A stretch of DNA of 52,332 nucleotides from Bacteriovoracaceae bacterium UBA4573 (lineage in GTDB: Bacteria; Bdellovibrionota; UBA1018; UBA923), in assembly GCA_002387735.1 (NCBI GenBank), contig DGKJ01000051.1, positions 43,363-95,694 on the forward strand, in the 5' to 3' direction. Made by a program: the position numbers and the translations under genes. Numbering within the stretch: position 1 is the first letter of the stretch; each line of letters starts with the position of its first letter. The notes below the pieces were generated by a model. That model ran no database searches, had not been told where the DNA came from, and saw only the letters and a program-made list of their open reading frames with translations. Shown here one piece after another: positions 20,789 through 30,802 of this stretch.

Positions 20789-21354
20789 ACTGACTGCCTT
20801 TCGAGATTTTCAGTAAGACGAGTCAACGTCGTCTTCAAACTTCCGTCAAATGTGCGGCCCTGAACACTGACGATCAGTCCGCCTAGAATTTCTTTCTCCA
20901 CGAATTGTTCCAAAAGAACTTTTTTTCCAAGTTTTTTTGAAAATGCTTTTTCTAAATCTTGTCTCTCAGCGTCCGAAAGGGTTTCCGCCGTGGTAACATT
21001 TCCACGAATTAAACCCTGTTCCGCGTCCCAAAGTTTTCGATACGCCTTTTCAACAGCCACCAAAAGCAGTAACCGATTGCGGGCTACAAGTAGTCCGACC
21101 AAGCGCCGCACAAGCGGGTTCAGTTGAACCTTTTCTTGCATAAGATCCAACACAGTTTCGCGTTCCTTCATTGAAAACGCCTGACCCGTGAGGATAGTGC
21201 GCAGCTGGTCACTTTCAAATAAAAACGCGCTAAAATCTAAAAGCTCTTGGGCGATTTTTTCCTGAATTCCCTGCTCTTGAGCGAGCGAAAACAAAGCTTT
21301 CGCGTAAAGCTTGGCTGCGGGCTCAACAGATACGGAGGCTTGCTTTGCCGACAT
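20785..21354 (-). CDS. atpH: ATP synthase delta subunit
   Basis: [22 protein letters not shown]; operon position. Confidence 0.93.
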   Translation of the reverse strand: MSAKQASVSVEPAAKLYAKALFSLAQEQGIQEKIAQELLDFSAFLFESDQLRTILTGQAFSMKERETVLDLMQEKVQLNPLVRRLVGLLVARNRLLLLVAVEKAYRKLWDAEQGLIRGNVTTAETLSDAERQDLEKAFSKKLGKKVLLEQFVEKEILGGLIVSVQGRTFDGSLKTTLTRLTENLERQSV

Positions 21355-21815
21355 TAAACCTTCCCTACGTATTCATTCACGATTCGTTTTTGATCATCAC
21401 TCGAAACACGTTCGCGAATCATTTTTTCAGCTTGGTCTACTATTCTTGCAATAGTTTCTCTTCGAATTTGATCTTTAAACTCTTGTACATTTGCTTGTGC
21501 CGTAAGCTCTGCATCTTTGATAATTTTCTCGGCACTTAAATGTGCGGTGGCAATAATTTTTTCTTTTAGCGCGTTGGCGTCGGACTCGGCTCGCGCAAGA
21601 ACTTCTTTGGCTTCGCTTTCAAATACGGCGAGCTTTTGTGTAAATTCCGCCATTTTTTTTTCGGCTTGTTTCTTTAGCTCTTGTGCTTCGCGAACCTGCG
21701 TGTCGATAGAGTTTCGACGTTGCGCAATCATTGCACGCACTGGTTTATTTAAAAAATAAAATAGCCCCGCAACCAAAATTGAGAAATTAATAGTGGGTGA
21801 TATCAAATCATGCAT
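21354..21815 (-). CDS. atpF: ATP synthase subunit b
   Basis: INFSILVAGLFYFLNKP TM followed by a coiled coil; operon position. Confidence 0.9.
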   Translation of the reverse strand: MHDLISPTINFSILVAGLFYFLNKPVRAMIAQRRNSIDTQVREAQELKKQAEKKMAEFTQKLAVFESEAKEVLARAESDANALKEKIIATAHLSAEKIIKDAELTAQANVQEFKDQIRRETIARIVDQAEKMIRERVSSDDQKRIVNEYVGKV

Positions 21816-21823
21816 AATTAAGT

Positions 21824-22291
21824 TTAATGTCTATTCGACGTAACCGGGCGCCCCAACACTTTGGTTGCTACTTCAACCGCTAAAACTGAAATTTCTGGCG
21901 CCACAGCGTCGACTAGATTTTTTCTTTCCGTGTCTAATTGTGCTTGTACATTTTGAAGCGAAACTTTTGCTTTGTTCCCGGCCTGCGAAAGAATCGACGA
22001 TTCTTCTTTTCGTGCACCTTCTTCGGCGGATCTCAAAACCGATCGAGCCTGGTCGGTTACGAGACGAAGGCGTTCGCGATATTGATTAAATTTTTCTTCG
22101 GCTTGAGACGCGAGTCCTTGGGCTTGTTTTTTTACACCCTCGATCGAGTCCTTTCGACGTTCTAATAGTCTTTGGTATGGTTTCAGATAAACAGCTGAAA
22201 GCAAAAAATACAGCACCGTCACAGCGCCAAAAACTGTGTAAAATGACTGATCAATCCCAAGCTGCGCGGCTATTTGTTGAAGTTGCTCCAT
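21824..22291 (-). CDS. ATP synthase subunit b' (second stator subunit)
   Basis: TM plus KPYQRLLERR coiled coil ending KVLGR; in tandem with atpF. Confidence 0.85.
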   Translation of the reverse strand: MEQLQQIAAQLGIDQSFYTVFGAVTVLYFLLSAVYLKPYQRLLERRKDSIEGVKKQAQGLASQAEEKFNQYRERLRLVTDQARSVLRSAEEGARKEESSILSQAGNKAKVSLQNVQAQLDTERKNLVDAVAPEISVLAVEVATKVLGRPVTSNRH

Positions 22292-22344
22292 ATAATTTTC
22301 TTGCGTGTTCTGGAGCTAGCATGCGTCAAAAAGTCTAGTCAAGG

Positions 22345-22743
22345 CTATTCGGTCGCAAGAAAGGATTTTATCGGGGCGGGTTTCGAGGAAACCATTTTCG
22401 AGCTGCCTTCAAAAATTACGCCTTCGTCCACCATAAGGCTGGGGGTAACAATGTTGCCCCGAAAAACGGCTGGTTTATGGATTTCGACGCGGTGTTTCGC
22501 AACCAAGTTTCCGATTACTTCGCCGTTAATTATAATAGTGCCGGCTTGAATTTCTGCGTGAACCTTTGCGCCTTCGCCGATTACCAGCACGTCATTGGTG
22601 AAAATTTCACCGCGAAAGGTCCCGCCAATTCGTAGCATCCCCTCAAAACAGAGTTTGCCCTCAAATTCGCAACCTTTTTCGATCACACCGGTGACTTCGT
22701 ATTTCTCCGCCGAAACTGACAGGTCGTTTTTACTTTGAGCCAT
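22345..22743 (-). CDS. Bactofilin (polymer-forming cytoskeletal protein)
   Basis: Beta-helix repeats IEKGCEFEGKL, LRIGGTFRGEI, LVIGEGAKV, IIINGEVIGNL, LMVDEGVIFEG. Confidence 0.92.
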   Translation of the reverse strand: MAQSKNDLSVSAEKYEVTGVIEKGCEFEGKLCFEGMLRIGGTFRGEIFTNDVLVIGEGAKVHAEIQAGTIIINGEVIGNLVAKHRVEIHKPAVFRGNIVTPSLMVDEGVIFEGSSKMVSSKPAPIKSFLATE

Positions 22744-22748
22744 CTTGA

Positions 22749-23702
22749 TTATTTTAACATGATTTCTAAAACGCGATTCAAGTCGTCGGCCGAAAAGTAC
22801 TCGATGACGATTTTTCCTCTTTCGGCGTCCCCCTTGAGACGTACTTTAGTGGCATATTTTGCCGTTAAGTCACGGCCCAAGTTTTTCATTCGGAGCTTGA
22901 TCGGATCTTTTTCCAAACCACTCTCTTCGGATTCGGCAGATGCTGGTGCGCTCAAATTCTTGAGCATTTGAATTCGGGCTTCAAGTTCCCTAACCGACCA
23001 CTTCTTTTCAAGACACTCTGCGGCTAGTTTCTCAATTGATTCGGGACTATCTAGGCCAGCGAGCGCTTTACCGTGACCAAAACTAAGCTCCTGACTTTTT
23101 AAACTATTCTGAGTCGAAACCGGCAATTTTAATAGCCTAAGATAATTGGCAATTGAACTGCGTTCCTTGCCCATTTTAGTCGACAATTCATCTTGTGTTA
23201 ATTCAAAGTCCTGAATCAATTGATAGTAAGCCAATGCTGTATCAAAACAGTTCAGTTCCTCTCGTTGTATATTCTCGATAAGAGCTAATTCCAGCGCCTC
23301 TCTATCGGTTGTTCTTCGAATTACTATTGGAACGTATTTCAGTCCCGCAATTTTCGCGGCGCGCCATCTTCGCTCGCCGGCTATTAACTGGTAACCCCGT
23401 TGCGCTTTTCTCACAATGAGGGGTTGGATCAGGCCGTTTTCCTTGATCGATTGTGAAAGTTCTTCGATTGTTATGTCGTCGAAAATTTTTCGTGGTTGAA
23501 ATTCGTTGGGCACAATTTCATCGATTGCCGCCATACTAATTCCGGGATGTCTGTCTCGATTGGAATCGGGCTCCGTTGCACCACCTCCAAGAGATGATTC
23601 TGTCGGAGGAGTTGGCGGCGGCGTAACTGCAGCTGTCGGCAGGAGAGAGGCTAAACCCTTGCCTAATGCGGGACGCGTGGGTGCTGATCTAAATTTTTCC
23701 AT
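22749..23702 (-). CDS. parB: Chromosome partitioning protein ParB
   Basis: LGKGLASLL, QPRK, IAGERRWRA CTP-binding motif, ENIQREEL, HTH region GKERSSIANYLRLL. Confidence 0.97.
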   Translation of the reverse strand: MEKFRSAPTRPALGKGLASLLPTAAVTPPPTPPTESSLGGGATEPDSNRDRHPGISMAAIDEIVPNEFQPRKIFDDITIEELSQSIKENGLIQPLIVRKAQRGYQLIAGERRWRAAKIAGLKYVPIVIRRTTDREALELALIENIQREELNCFDTALAYYQLIQDFELTQDELSTKMGKERSSIANYLRLLKLPVSTQNSLKSQELSFGHGKALAGLDSPESIEKLAAECLEKKWSVRELEARIQMLKNLSAPASAESEESGLEKDPIKLRMKNLGRDLTAKYATKVRLKGDAERGKIVIEYFSADDLNRVLEIMLK

Positions 23703-23717
23703 TTTAATACTCCATTA

Positions 23718-24536
23718 TTAATTGGTGTTCACTTCCGGGCTACCAGAAGTTGTGGTTCGCTGTTGGGAAGACATTGTTCGAGCAATAAGTTCTTTCGCTA
23801 AGCTCAAATAAGCGACACTCCCCTTTGAGTCGATATCGTATAGAAGAATTGGCTTTCCGAAACTCGAGCACTCACTCAAACGAACGTTTCGAGGAATGAT
23901 GGTCTCAAAAACTTTTGAACCGAAGTGGGTACGAACCTCTCGGACCACCTCATTGGCGAGATTATTTCGACCGTCATACATTGTAAGTACGATGCCTTCG
24001 TCTTGGAGCGCCGGATTCAAATTCTGACGAATCAAACCAACCGTATTGAGTAACTGAGAAAGTCCCTCGAGCGCGAAGTACTCGCATTGCAATGGCACTA
24101 AGAAACTATCCGATGCGGTTAGTGCGTTGACGGTTAAAAGTCCCAAAGAAGGCGGACAATCTATGAAGATATAGTCGTATTGATTGCGAATCTCCGCTAA
24201 TGCGGCCTTCAGTTTATTTTCGCGCGCAAAAGACGAAACGAGTTCAATCTCGGCTCCTGTTAGATCGTTGTTGCTAGGAGCAACAAACAGGCTGTCGATT
24301 TCCGTCGGCTGGATAATTTGCGACATCGGAACTAGACCGATGATTGCATGGTAAAGATTTTTTTCCGCGAAGGCCTCTTTACTTACACCTAGAGCAGACG
24401 ACGCGTTTCCTTGGGGATCAAGATCAAGAATAAGTGTTTTTCGTTCGGCCACCGCCAGTGCGGCCGCCAAATTCACCGTCGTCGTGGTTTTTCCTACTCC
24501 ACCTTTTTGATTTGTAACCGCTATTACGCGTCCCAT
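23718..24536 (-). CDS. parA: Chromosome partitioning ATPase ParA/Soj
   Basis: NQKGGVGKTT, DLDPQGN, IDCPPSLG, IPRNVRLSE. Confidence 0.97.
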   Translation of the reverse strand: MGRVIAVTNQKGGVGKTTTTVNLAAALAVAERKTLILDLDPQGNASSALGVSKEAFAEKNLYHAIIGLVPMSQIIQPTEIDSLFVAPSNNDLTGAEIELVSSFARENKLKAALAEIRNQYDYIFIDCPPSLGLLTVNALTASDSFLVPLQCEYFALEGLSQLLNTVGLIRQNLNPALQDEGIVLTMYDGRNNLANEVVREVRTHFGSKVFETIIPRNVRLSECSSFGKPILLYDIDSKGSVAYLSLAKELIARTMSSQQRTTTSGSPEVNTN

Positions 24537-24666
24537 AAGTTCCTCTAATCCGCTCCAGTCAACGCTCTATGAATATTCAGTGCTGTTTTTTCCGATCAAC
24601 CAATGACTAAGCAGCGACCTTACACAGTTTAGGCTAATAGAGCCTCGAACTTTCGCAACAAAAAAA

Positions 24667-24682
24667 TGTTCCCCGTGGAACA
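24667..24682. promoter_or_regulatory. parS site
   Basis: TGTTCCCCGTGGAACA, 1 mismatch to TGTTCCACGTGGAACA, between rsmG and parA. Confidence 0.85.
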
Positions 24683-24687
24683 ACTTC

Positions 24688-25365
24688 TTAAACTATTACC
24701 AAAGTTCTACTGCCGGCCCCATGGGGAAGCTCGTATTCGACTTCCTGTGCGTCGGAGAATCGTTCCTTCCAGATTTGTTTCACGCCCTTTTCATTCATGA
24801 TTCCCAGTTTTTCATCGCCCCAACCCGGCCCCTTCATTAATACAATGGTTTTAATGTCGGCTCGCGGAAAGGCTGATGTCAAAAGCAACGCCAATTTCGG
24901 CCCCGGAAGCACACCGCGAAACCAAAATTCTGCATCCTCCGGCAGCTTGGTCATCGCCTCGAGCGTCTCACACTTTGCGCGCACCCGCGATTCGAGCCCA
25001 AGTTTAGAGATCATATGTTCAAGCGCCCGATATTTTTTCTGCCTGCGCTCCACTAGAAGCACTTTCACTTCAGGAACTATGACCGCAATCGGAATTCCGG
25101 GCAGCCCACCGCCGCTTCCGACGTCTACCACCTCTCGAGAAGGCCTCCCCAGGGCCTGAATAGCCAACCAGGTGTCTGCAATGTGCTTAACAGCGAACTC
25201 TTTTGGGGTTTTTGCACCGGTCAGATTATTTGTTTCATTTATGGCGAGCACCAATTGCATATATTTTGCTAATTTGTCGACTGGGGGAACGCTCGCGTAG
25301 GCCAATGCTTGCTTACATTCGTCTAAACTGGGCCCCGCGCCCTCTAGAATAACCAACTCACTCAT
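24688..25365 (-). CDS. rsmG: 16S rRNA m7G methyltransferase RsmG (GidB)
   Basis: [27 protein letters not shown]; ATG at 25365 forms an ATGA overlap with the mnmG stop. Confidence 0.9.
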   Translation of the reverse strand: MSELVILEGAGPSLDECKQALAYASVPPVDKLAKYMQLVLAINETNNLTGAKTPKEFAVKHIADTWLAIQALGRPSREVVDVGSGGGLPGIPIAVIVPEVKVLLVERRQKKYRALEHMISKLGLESRVRAKCETLEAMTKLPEDAEFWFRGVLPGPKLALLLTSAFPRADIKTIVLMKGPGWGDEKLGIMNEKGVKQIWKERFSDAQEVEYELPHGAGSRTLVIV

Positions 25366-27266
25366 AAAGAAGCCCTGTTTTCTGATTTGTTCCACGTGGA
25401 ACGTAGAGATTTAACATAAATATGTACTGCCGCGACGGCTGCCGGAGTTATTCCGGAAATTCTAAGCGCTTGACCCAGGGTTTCTGGTCGAATCAAGCTA
25501 AGTTTTTCGACAACCTCTGCCGAAAGACCGGCAATGTCGCGATAGTTCAGCGTTACCGGAATCTTCATTTCTTCGTTTTTACGATAACTCTCTAGCATTT
25601 CTAGATCTCGCTGAATGTAGCCTTCGTACTTTACTTGGATTTCTACTTGCTCGAGCGCATCTATTTGATTAGTCGCGGGCAAATAACCGACCTTGCGTAG
25701 TCGTGAATAATCGATTTCAGGCCGTTTTAAGAGTTGTTTGGCGCTAATTCGGTCTTTAATTTCCGCGGTGTTTACTTCGCGAAGCTGCTCATTCACCGAA
25801 TTCGTTGGGTTAAAGTAACTCGACCCGAGAGACACCAGTTCCTTTTCGATCGCTGTCTTTTTTTCTACCAAAGTTCGATAGGATTCCTCACTAAGCAACC
25901 CTATCGATCGCGCACGCTCGCCCAATCGCAAGTCGGCATTGTCTTCCCGGAGTATAAGTCGGTATTCGGCGCGACTGGTAAACATTCGGTACGGCTCTTC
26001 GGCGCCCTTTATAATGAGATCGTCGATCAAAACGCCTATATAACCCTCGGTCCGATCAAAAACGAATTCCCCGAGACCTTTTGCGCTTCGAGCCGCGTTA
26101 ATCCCTGCAATAAGTCCTTGCGCTGCAGCCTCTTCATACCCGGACGTTCCATTGATTTGACCCGCACAAAACAGCCCTGGAAGATCTTTTGTTTCAAGGG
26201 TGCGCTTCAACTGGGTGGGGTCGAGACAATCATACTCGACCGCATAGCCTGGCCGGCTAATTTCAACATTTTCTAAACCCGGAATAGTTCGTAAGAATTT
26301 CTTTTGGACTTCTAGGGGCAGACTTGTGCTCAACCCGTTTGCGTAAATTTCTTTGGTCTGCAGTCCTTCTGGCTCTAAAAAAATCTGGTGCCGATCTTTA
26401 TCGGAAAACCGCTTAACCTTGTCTTCAATTGAGGGGCAATAACGCGGTCCAACCCCCCTTATTAGCCCCGTAAACATGGGACTTTTATCAAAATTTTCCC
26501 CAATGATTTCATGGGTTTGCTCATTGGTATAGGTAATCCAACAATCTATCTGCGGTAACACCGGGAAAACACTGGGCTTATAATAGAAAGAAAAGGGCAA
26601 TGGCGGGGTATCGCCCCCCTGGGGTGACATTTGACTAAAGTCTATCGAACGGCGTTCAAGCCTCGGTGGTGTTCCGGTTTTTAGGCGTTGCATTCGAAAT
26701 CCGTACTTACTTAGCCAATTGGACAACCCAACCGAAGCGGCGTCGCCGGCCCTGCCGCCGACCTGGTTCTGAAATCCCACATGCATAAGGCCGCCCAAAA
26801 AAGTTCCGGTGGTAATTACTACGGTGGGCGAAAAAATCTCTTCTCCCCAATTGGTGCGCACGCCAATGACTCGATGGTCCTTAACAAGAATAGAATCGAT
26901 CTCGCGCTGCATTAACGTAAGATTCGGAGTGGACTCAACGACCTCCTTCATGTTGGCCGCATAAACATATTTGTCGCACTGGGCACGACTTGACCGAACT
27001 GCCGGCCCCCTTGAGCTATTTAACTTTTTGAATTGTATACCACTTTTGTCGGTATTGATCCCCATCTCACCGCCGAGTGCGTCAATCTCTTTGACCAGCT
27101 GTCCCTTTGCGAGTCCGCCGATAGCGGGATTACATGACATATACCCAACGCGATCGTTGTTTAAAGTCGTTAACAACGTACGACAACCTAGTCGCGCCGC
27201 AGCAAGTGCTGCTTCACACCCTGCATGTCCGGCGCCTATGATGATGACATCGAAATTTTGTTCCAC
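25362..27266 (-). CDS. mnmG: tRNA uridine-5-carboxymethylaminomethyl modification enzyme MnmG (GidA)
   Basis: [49 protein letters not shown]; GTG start. Confidence 0.98.
   Translation of the reverse strand: MEQNFDVIIIGAGHAGCEAALAAARLGCRTLLTTLNNDRVGYMSCNPAIGGLAKGQLVKEIDALGGEMGINTDKSGIQFKKLNSSRGPAVRSSRAQCDKYVYAANMKEVVESTPNLTLMQREIDSILVKDHRVIGVRTNWGEEIFSPTVVITTGTFLGGLMHVGFQNQVGGRAGDAASVGLSNWLSKYGFRMQRLKTGTPPRLERRSIDFSQMSPQGGDTPPLPFSFYYKPSVFPVLPQIDCWITYTNEQTHEIIGENFDKSPMFTGLIRGVGPRYCPSIEDKVKRFSDKDRHQIFLEPEGLQTKEIYANGLSTSLPLEVQKKFLRTIPGLENVEISRPGYAVEYDCLDPTQLKRTLETKDLPGLFCAGQINGTSGYEEAAAQGLIAGINAARSAKGLGEFVFDRTEGYIGVLIDDLIIKGAEEPYRMFTSRAEYRLILREDNADLRLGERARSIGLLSEESYRTLVEKKTAIEKELVSLGSSYFNPTNSVNEQLREVNTAEIKDRISAKQLLKRPEIDYSRLRKVGYLPATNQIDALEQVEIQVKYEGYIQRDLEMLESYRKNEEMKIPVTLNYRDIAGLSAEVVEKLSLIRPETLGQALRISGITPAAVAAVHIYVKSLRSTWNKSENRASL
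25388..25403. promoter_or_regulatory. parS site inside the mnmG 3' end
   Basis: TGTTCCACGTGGAACG (15/16 to consensus). Confidence 0.88.
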
Positions 27267-27274
27267 GTGGAACG
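27259..27274. promoter_or_regulatory. parS site overlapping the mnmG start codon
   Basis: TGTTCCACGTGGAACG (15/16); its minus-strand GTG is the mnmG start. Confidence 0.88.
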
Positions 27275-27276
27275 GT

Positions 27277-27305
27277 TTAATATCACGTCATCAAAATCTA
27301 GTCTA
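27277..27305 (-). promoter_or_regulatory. Putative sigma70 promoter of mnmG-rsmG-parAB
   Basis: Minus strand TAGACT-17 nt-TATTAA with an extended -10 TG, in AT-rich DNA. Confidence 0.45.
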
Positions 27306-27405
27306 TTTAGATATTGTTGATTATTTTGATATATTACTGATATTTTCCGACTTATTTGATCTGACTATTCCAATCCGTTTGATTCGAATTCAAGTAACGC
27401 GAAAC

Positions 27406-29220
27406 TTAAAACTTCTTTCGTATTCCACGGGTTAGGACCTGAGCGGTTTTACTTTGATCGCGGTAAACGGTTATACCTTTGCAACCGAGCTCATGGGCTT
27501 TTAGATAGATTTTCCCAATATCGGCGGGCGTTGCGTTCTCGGGCAAATTAATAGTCTTCGAAACAGCGCTCTCACTCATTCTTTGAAACACCGCTTGCAT
27601 CCGCACGTGCCAAATTGGAGCTATCTCGAACGCCGTTCTAAAGACTCTTTTTTGGGTGGAACTAAGCTTGGGGACCTTGGAGAGAGTCCCCGTTCGCAAT
27701 ATTCTTTCAATACTTTTTCTATCCAACACACCGGTTTCGACAAGGTTGAATACTTCGGAGTGCAAAAAGTAGAATCGCTGCCCATCCAGCGCTTGCCTTT
27801 CATGGGCGTACGAAAAAATCGGTTCAATTCCACTACTAACTCCAGCAATAATACTAATGGTTCCAGTGGGCGCTATAGTAGTGACAGTCGCATTTCGTCT
27901 TTTTGCCATTTTTCTTTTTGCCCAGAGAGAGTTTTGAAAGTTTTCAAATGCTCCTCTTTCTTTTGCCAATCTCTCCGAAGCACTCACCGCTACTCTGTGA
28001 AATCTTTGGGCTACCAGTGTGGCTCTTCGCAGAGCATCTTCACTGTCGTAGGCAATTTTCCAATGAAGAAGGGCATCGGCCCACCCCATAATACCGAGAC
28101 CGATTTTTCGATTTTTTTCTGTGATATTTTTAATTTCCGGCAACGGATACCAATTAACATCAATCACATTGTCTAAAAATCTGACTGCGGTTTCAATGTC
28201 TTGTTCTAAAGTTCGCCAGTCTAAGTCCTTGTCAGAAAGGTATGGCGCTAAGCTAATACTGCCAAGGTTGCAACTTTCATAAGGCAGCAGTGGCTGTTCG
28301 CCGCACGGATTCGTACTGTCTAGCTTTCCAATGTCTGGCGTTGGATTTTGTTTTTCTATGGTGTCCAGAAACACTACGCCCGGATCCCCGGTTCTCCATG
28401 CGTTTTCGCAGATTGCAGACCACAGGCTCTTTGCGGGCAACTGCGCGACTACTTCTTTCGTTTGCGGATTGATCAGGTTCCATTTTCCATTTCGTTTTAG
28501 ACACTGTAAAAACGCATCAGAAATTCCCACCGAAATATTAAAGTTCGTAATTCCCCCAGCGGTTTTCGAAGCGATGAATTGCTCAATATCCGGGTGATCA
28601 ATTGGCAGAATGGCCATGTTTGCGCCTCGCCTTGTGCCACCTTGTTTAATCACTCCAGTGGCTAGGTCGAAGATTTTAAGAAACGCCACGGGTCCGCTAG
28701 CTCGTCCGCCGGAGGATTGCACCAGATCCCCTCTTGGTCTTATTTGCCCAAAGTTGAAACCGGTTCCACCGCCGGACTTGTGAATAATCGCTGCATTGTG
28801 GAGTGAACTAAAAACGCTCGAAATACTGTCTTCTATCGGTAAGACGAAACACGCTGCAAGCTGACCTTGTGGTTTTCCCGCATTCATTAAGGTGGGTGAA
28901 TTGGGGATAAATTTAAGACTCCGCATAATTTTAAAAAATTTTTCTTCCCAGCTCGCCCGTGTCGCGGCGGATTCACAAGACGCTACTGCTTTTGCAACTC
29001 TACGAAACATCTGATCGGGACTTTCAATCACTTCTCCCGCAGAATTGCGTAACAAATACCGAGCCTTGAGCACCCGCAATGCGGCATCTCCGAGTTCTCC
29101 TGCTTTGGGTGCAAAAAGGCCAAGGTCTCCCAGTGAGCGCCCAGCTTTAGGTGCTCGCTTTACAGCCCTTCTTTTTACCGCGTTCTTTAATTTCTTTCTG
29201 CTTTTCACGACGCGTTTCAT
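27406..29220 (-). CDS. nrdJ: Adenosylcobalamin-dependent (class II) ribonucleotide reductase, short form
   Basis: FIPNSPTLMNAG, AACFVL, GGGTGF, QGGTRRGANM, STNPCGEQPL, ESCNLGS, TIAPTGT, KGITVYRD; no R2 subunit nearby. The track start at 29349 would overlap the ALDH. Confidence 0.9.
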   Translation of the reverse strand: MKRVVKSRKKLKNAVKRRAVKRAPKAGRSLGDLGLFAPKAGELGDAALRVLKARYLLRNSAGEVIESPDQMFRRVAKAVASCESAATRASWEEKFFKIMRSLKFIPNSPTLMNAGKPQGQLAACFVLPIEDSISSVFSSLHNAAIIHKSGGGTGFNFGQIRPRGDLVQSSGGRASGPVAFLKIFDLATGVIKQGGTRRGANMAILPIDHPDIEQFIASKTAGGITNFNISVGISDAFLQCLKRNGKWNLINPQTKEVVAQLPAKSLWSAICENAWRTGDPGVVFLDTIEKQNPTPDIGKLDSTNPCGEQPLLPYESCNLGSISLAPYLSDKDLDWRTLEQDIETAVRFLDNVIDVNWYPLPEIKNITEKNRKIGLGIMGWADALLHWKIAYDSEDALRRATLVAQRFHRVAVSASERLAKERGAFENFQNSLWAKRKMAKRRNATVTTIAPTGTISIIAGVSSGIEPIFSYAHERQALDGQRFYFLHSEVFNLVETGVLDRKSIERILRTGTLSKVPKLSSTQKRVFRTAFEIAPIWHVRMQAVFQRMSESAVSKTINLPENATPADIGKIYLKAHELGCKGITVYRDQSKTAQVLTRGIRKKF

Positions 29221-29223
29221 GTC

Positions 29224-29231
29224 ATTATAAT
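29224..29231. promoter_or_regulatory. Palindromic ATTATAAT, a -10 element on both strands between divergent nrdJ and ALDH
   Basis: TATAAT at 29226-29231 (+) and 29224-29229 (-) within a 17-nt intergenic gap. Confidence 0.6.
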
Positions 29232-29237
29232 CATTCA

Positions 29238-30800
29238 ATGATGGAACCAATTTTATCACGGAATCCCGCCACCGGGGCGACACTAAAACAGATCGACCAA
29301 ACACCCGTGGCAGGAATTGCCGCGCTCGTCGAAACCGCACGTTACGCACAAAAATCTTGGGCGAAAGTTCCGATTAGGGAAAGAGCTAAGTGCCTACTCA
29401 ATGCGCGCGAATATATTCTAAACAACCTCGACGACATTGCTGATTTAATTCATTTAGAAAATGGCAAGCCCAAATTCGAAGCAATCGTAAACGATATCAT
29501 ACCGGTTTTAGATCTTCTCAGTCAGTACGCCAAAAAAGCTCCCAAGCTCATGGCTGACAAACGCATTCCTATGAAGCTCATGCTACACCGAGCTAGCTAC
29601 TTGCAGTTTTGGCCGAAAGGCGTGATTGCTATCATTTCACCCTGGAATTATCCTTTTTCCATTCCTTTCGGTGAGGTCGCTTTTGCCTTGGTTGCTGGAA
29701 ACGCAGTGGTATTTAAACCAAGCGAAGTTACTCCGCAGATCGGCTTAAAGATAAAAGAAATTTTCGATAACTCTGGTCTACCAAAAGACCTTCTTCAGAT
29801 CGTTCTAGGAGATGGTGCCCGGGGTGCCGCACTTGTAGCAAGTAAGATAGACAAAGTATTTTTTACAGGAAGCGTTCTCACTGGAAAGCGCGTTATGGCT
29901 TCTGCTGCCGAAAACTTAACGCCCGTAGTGCTCGAATTAGGCGGCAAAGATCCCATGATTGTCTTGCCTGATGCCGACTTAGACTACGCAACCAGCGCCG
30001 CACTCTGGGGTGGCTTTTCTAATTCTGGTCAGGCGTGCGCCTCAGTAGAACGCATTTTGGTTCACGAAAGTATCCATGATGATTTTGTTTCTAAATTGAA
30101 AGAGAAACTTGCCGCATTGAAACACGGTCAGGACTTGGGTGTCGCGACCTACGAAAAACAAAAAGCTACCTACGCTGAACAACTCGCGGAGCTTTCCAGT
30201 TCGAATGCTCAGATTGTTTGTGGCGGGCACTTTTCAAAAGATCGCACTTATTTGGAACCGACAATCGTAACCAATCCAAAAAATCACACCGACCGGCCTT
30301 TGGAACGCACAAAAATCTACAACGACGAAACCTTTGGACCAGTGGTTGCCGTGACTACCTATAAGACCATAGAAGAGGCTATCGAAAAGGCCAATCATAG
30401 TCGCTACGGATTACTTGCTAGTGTAATCGGTAGAGATGCGGCCCTAGCGGAACAGGTAGCGAGACAAATCGAAGCTGGCACCGTGGTTGTAAACGACGTC
30501 ATGTATACTCATGGCCTCGCGGAAACCCCTTGGGGCGGCATTAAAGAAAGTGGATTTGGGCGAGTGCACTCAGACCTAGGATTTTTGGAAGTAGTGAACG
30601 TTCGTCACATTCATAAGGCGAAATGGTGGGCTCCATTGTTTAAGGCTTTTTGGTGGTTCCCCTACACCGAACACCAAATGAAAATGTTCCGACATTTTGC
30701 CAACGTAATGTTTCGCAGATCTTGGTTCGACAAGGCACGGGAGCTTCCAAACCTACTCACCGAATTTGTAGAGATGCTGAAAAAAGAAAAGCGTCTCTGA
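29238..30800 (+). CDS. NAD(P)-dependent aldehyde dehydrogenase
   Basis: ISPWNYP, KPSE, FTGS, LELGGKDP, GQACASVER, ETFGPV, PWGGIKESGFGR. Confidence 0.95.
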   Translation: MMEPILSRNPATGATLKQIDQTPVAGIAALVETARYAQKSWAKVPIRERAKCLLNAREYILNNLDDIADLIHLENGKPKFEAIVNDIIPVLDLLSQYAKKAPKLMADKRIPMKLMLHRASYLQFWPKGVIAIISPWNYPFSIPFGEVAFALVAGNAVVFKPSEVTPQIGLKIKEIFDNSGLPKDLLQIVLGDGARGAALVASKIDKVFFTGSVLTGKRVMASAAENLTPVVLELGGKDPMIVLPDADLDYATSAALWGGFSNSGQACASVERILVHESIHDDFVSKLKEKLAALKHGQDLGVATYEKQKATYAEQLAELSSSNAQIVCGGHFSKDRTYLEPTIVTNPKNHTDRPLERTKIYNDETFGPVVAVTTYKTIEEAIEKANHSRYGLLASVIGRDAALAEQVARQIEAGTVVVNDVMYTHGLAETPWGGIKESGFGRVHSDLGFLEVVNVRHIHKAKWWAPLFKAFWWFPYTEHQMKMFRHFANVMFRRSWFDKARELPNLLTEFVEMLKKEKRL

Positions 30801-30802
30801 CT

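Noticed and set aside
25366-25395. rsmG starting at the GTG inside the second parS (MEQIRK...)
   Set aside because: The ATG at 25365 gives a canonical ATGA coupling with mnmG and is more plausible.
25734-26276. 180-aa ORF, and similar antisense ORFs such as 32174-32659, 43906-44457 and 49215-49706
   Set aside because: They lie opposite highly conserved genes and have no recognisable domains.
27583-28176. 197-aa plus-strand ORF
   Set aside because: Antisense shadow of nrdJ with no protein motifs.
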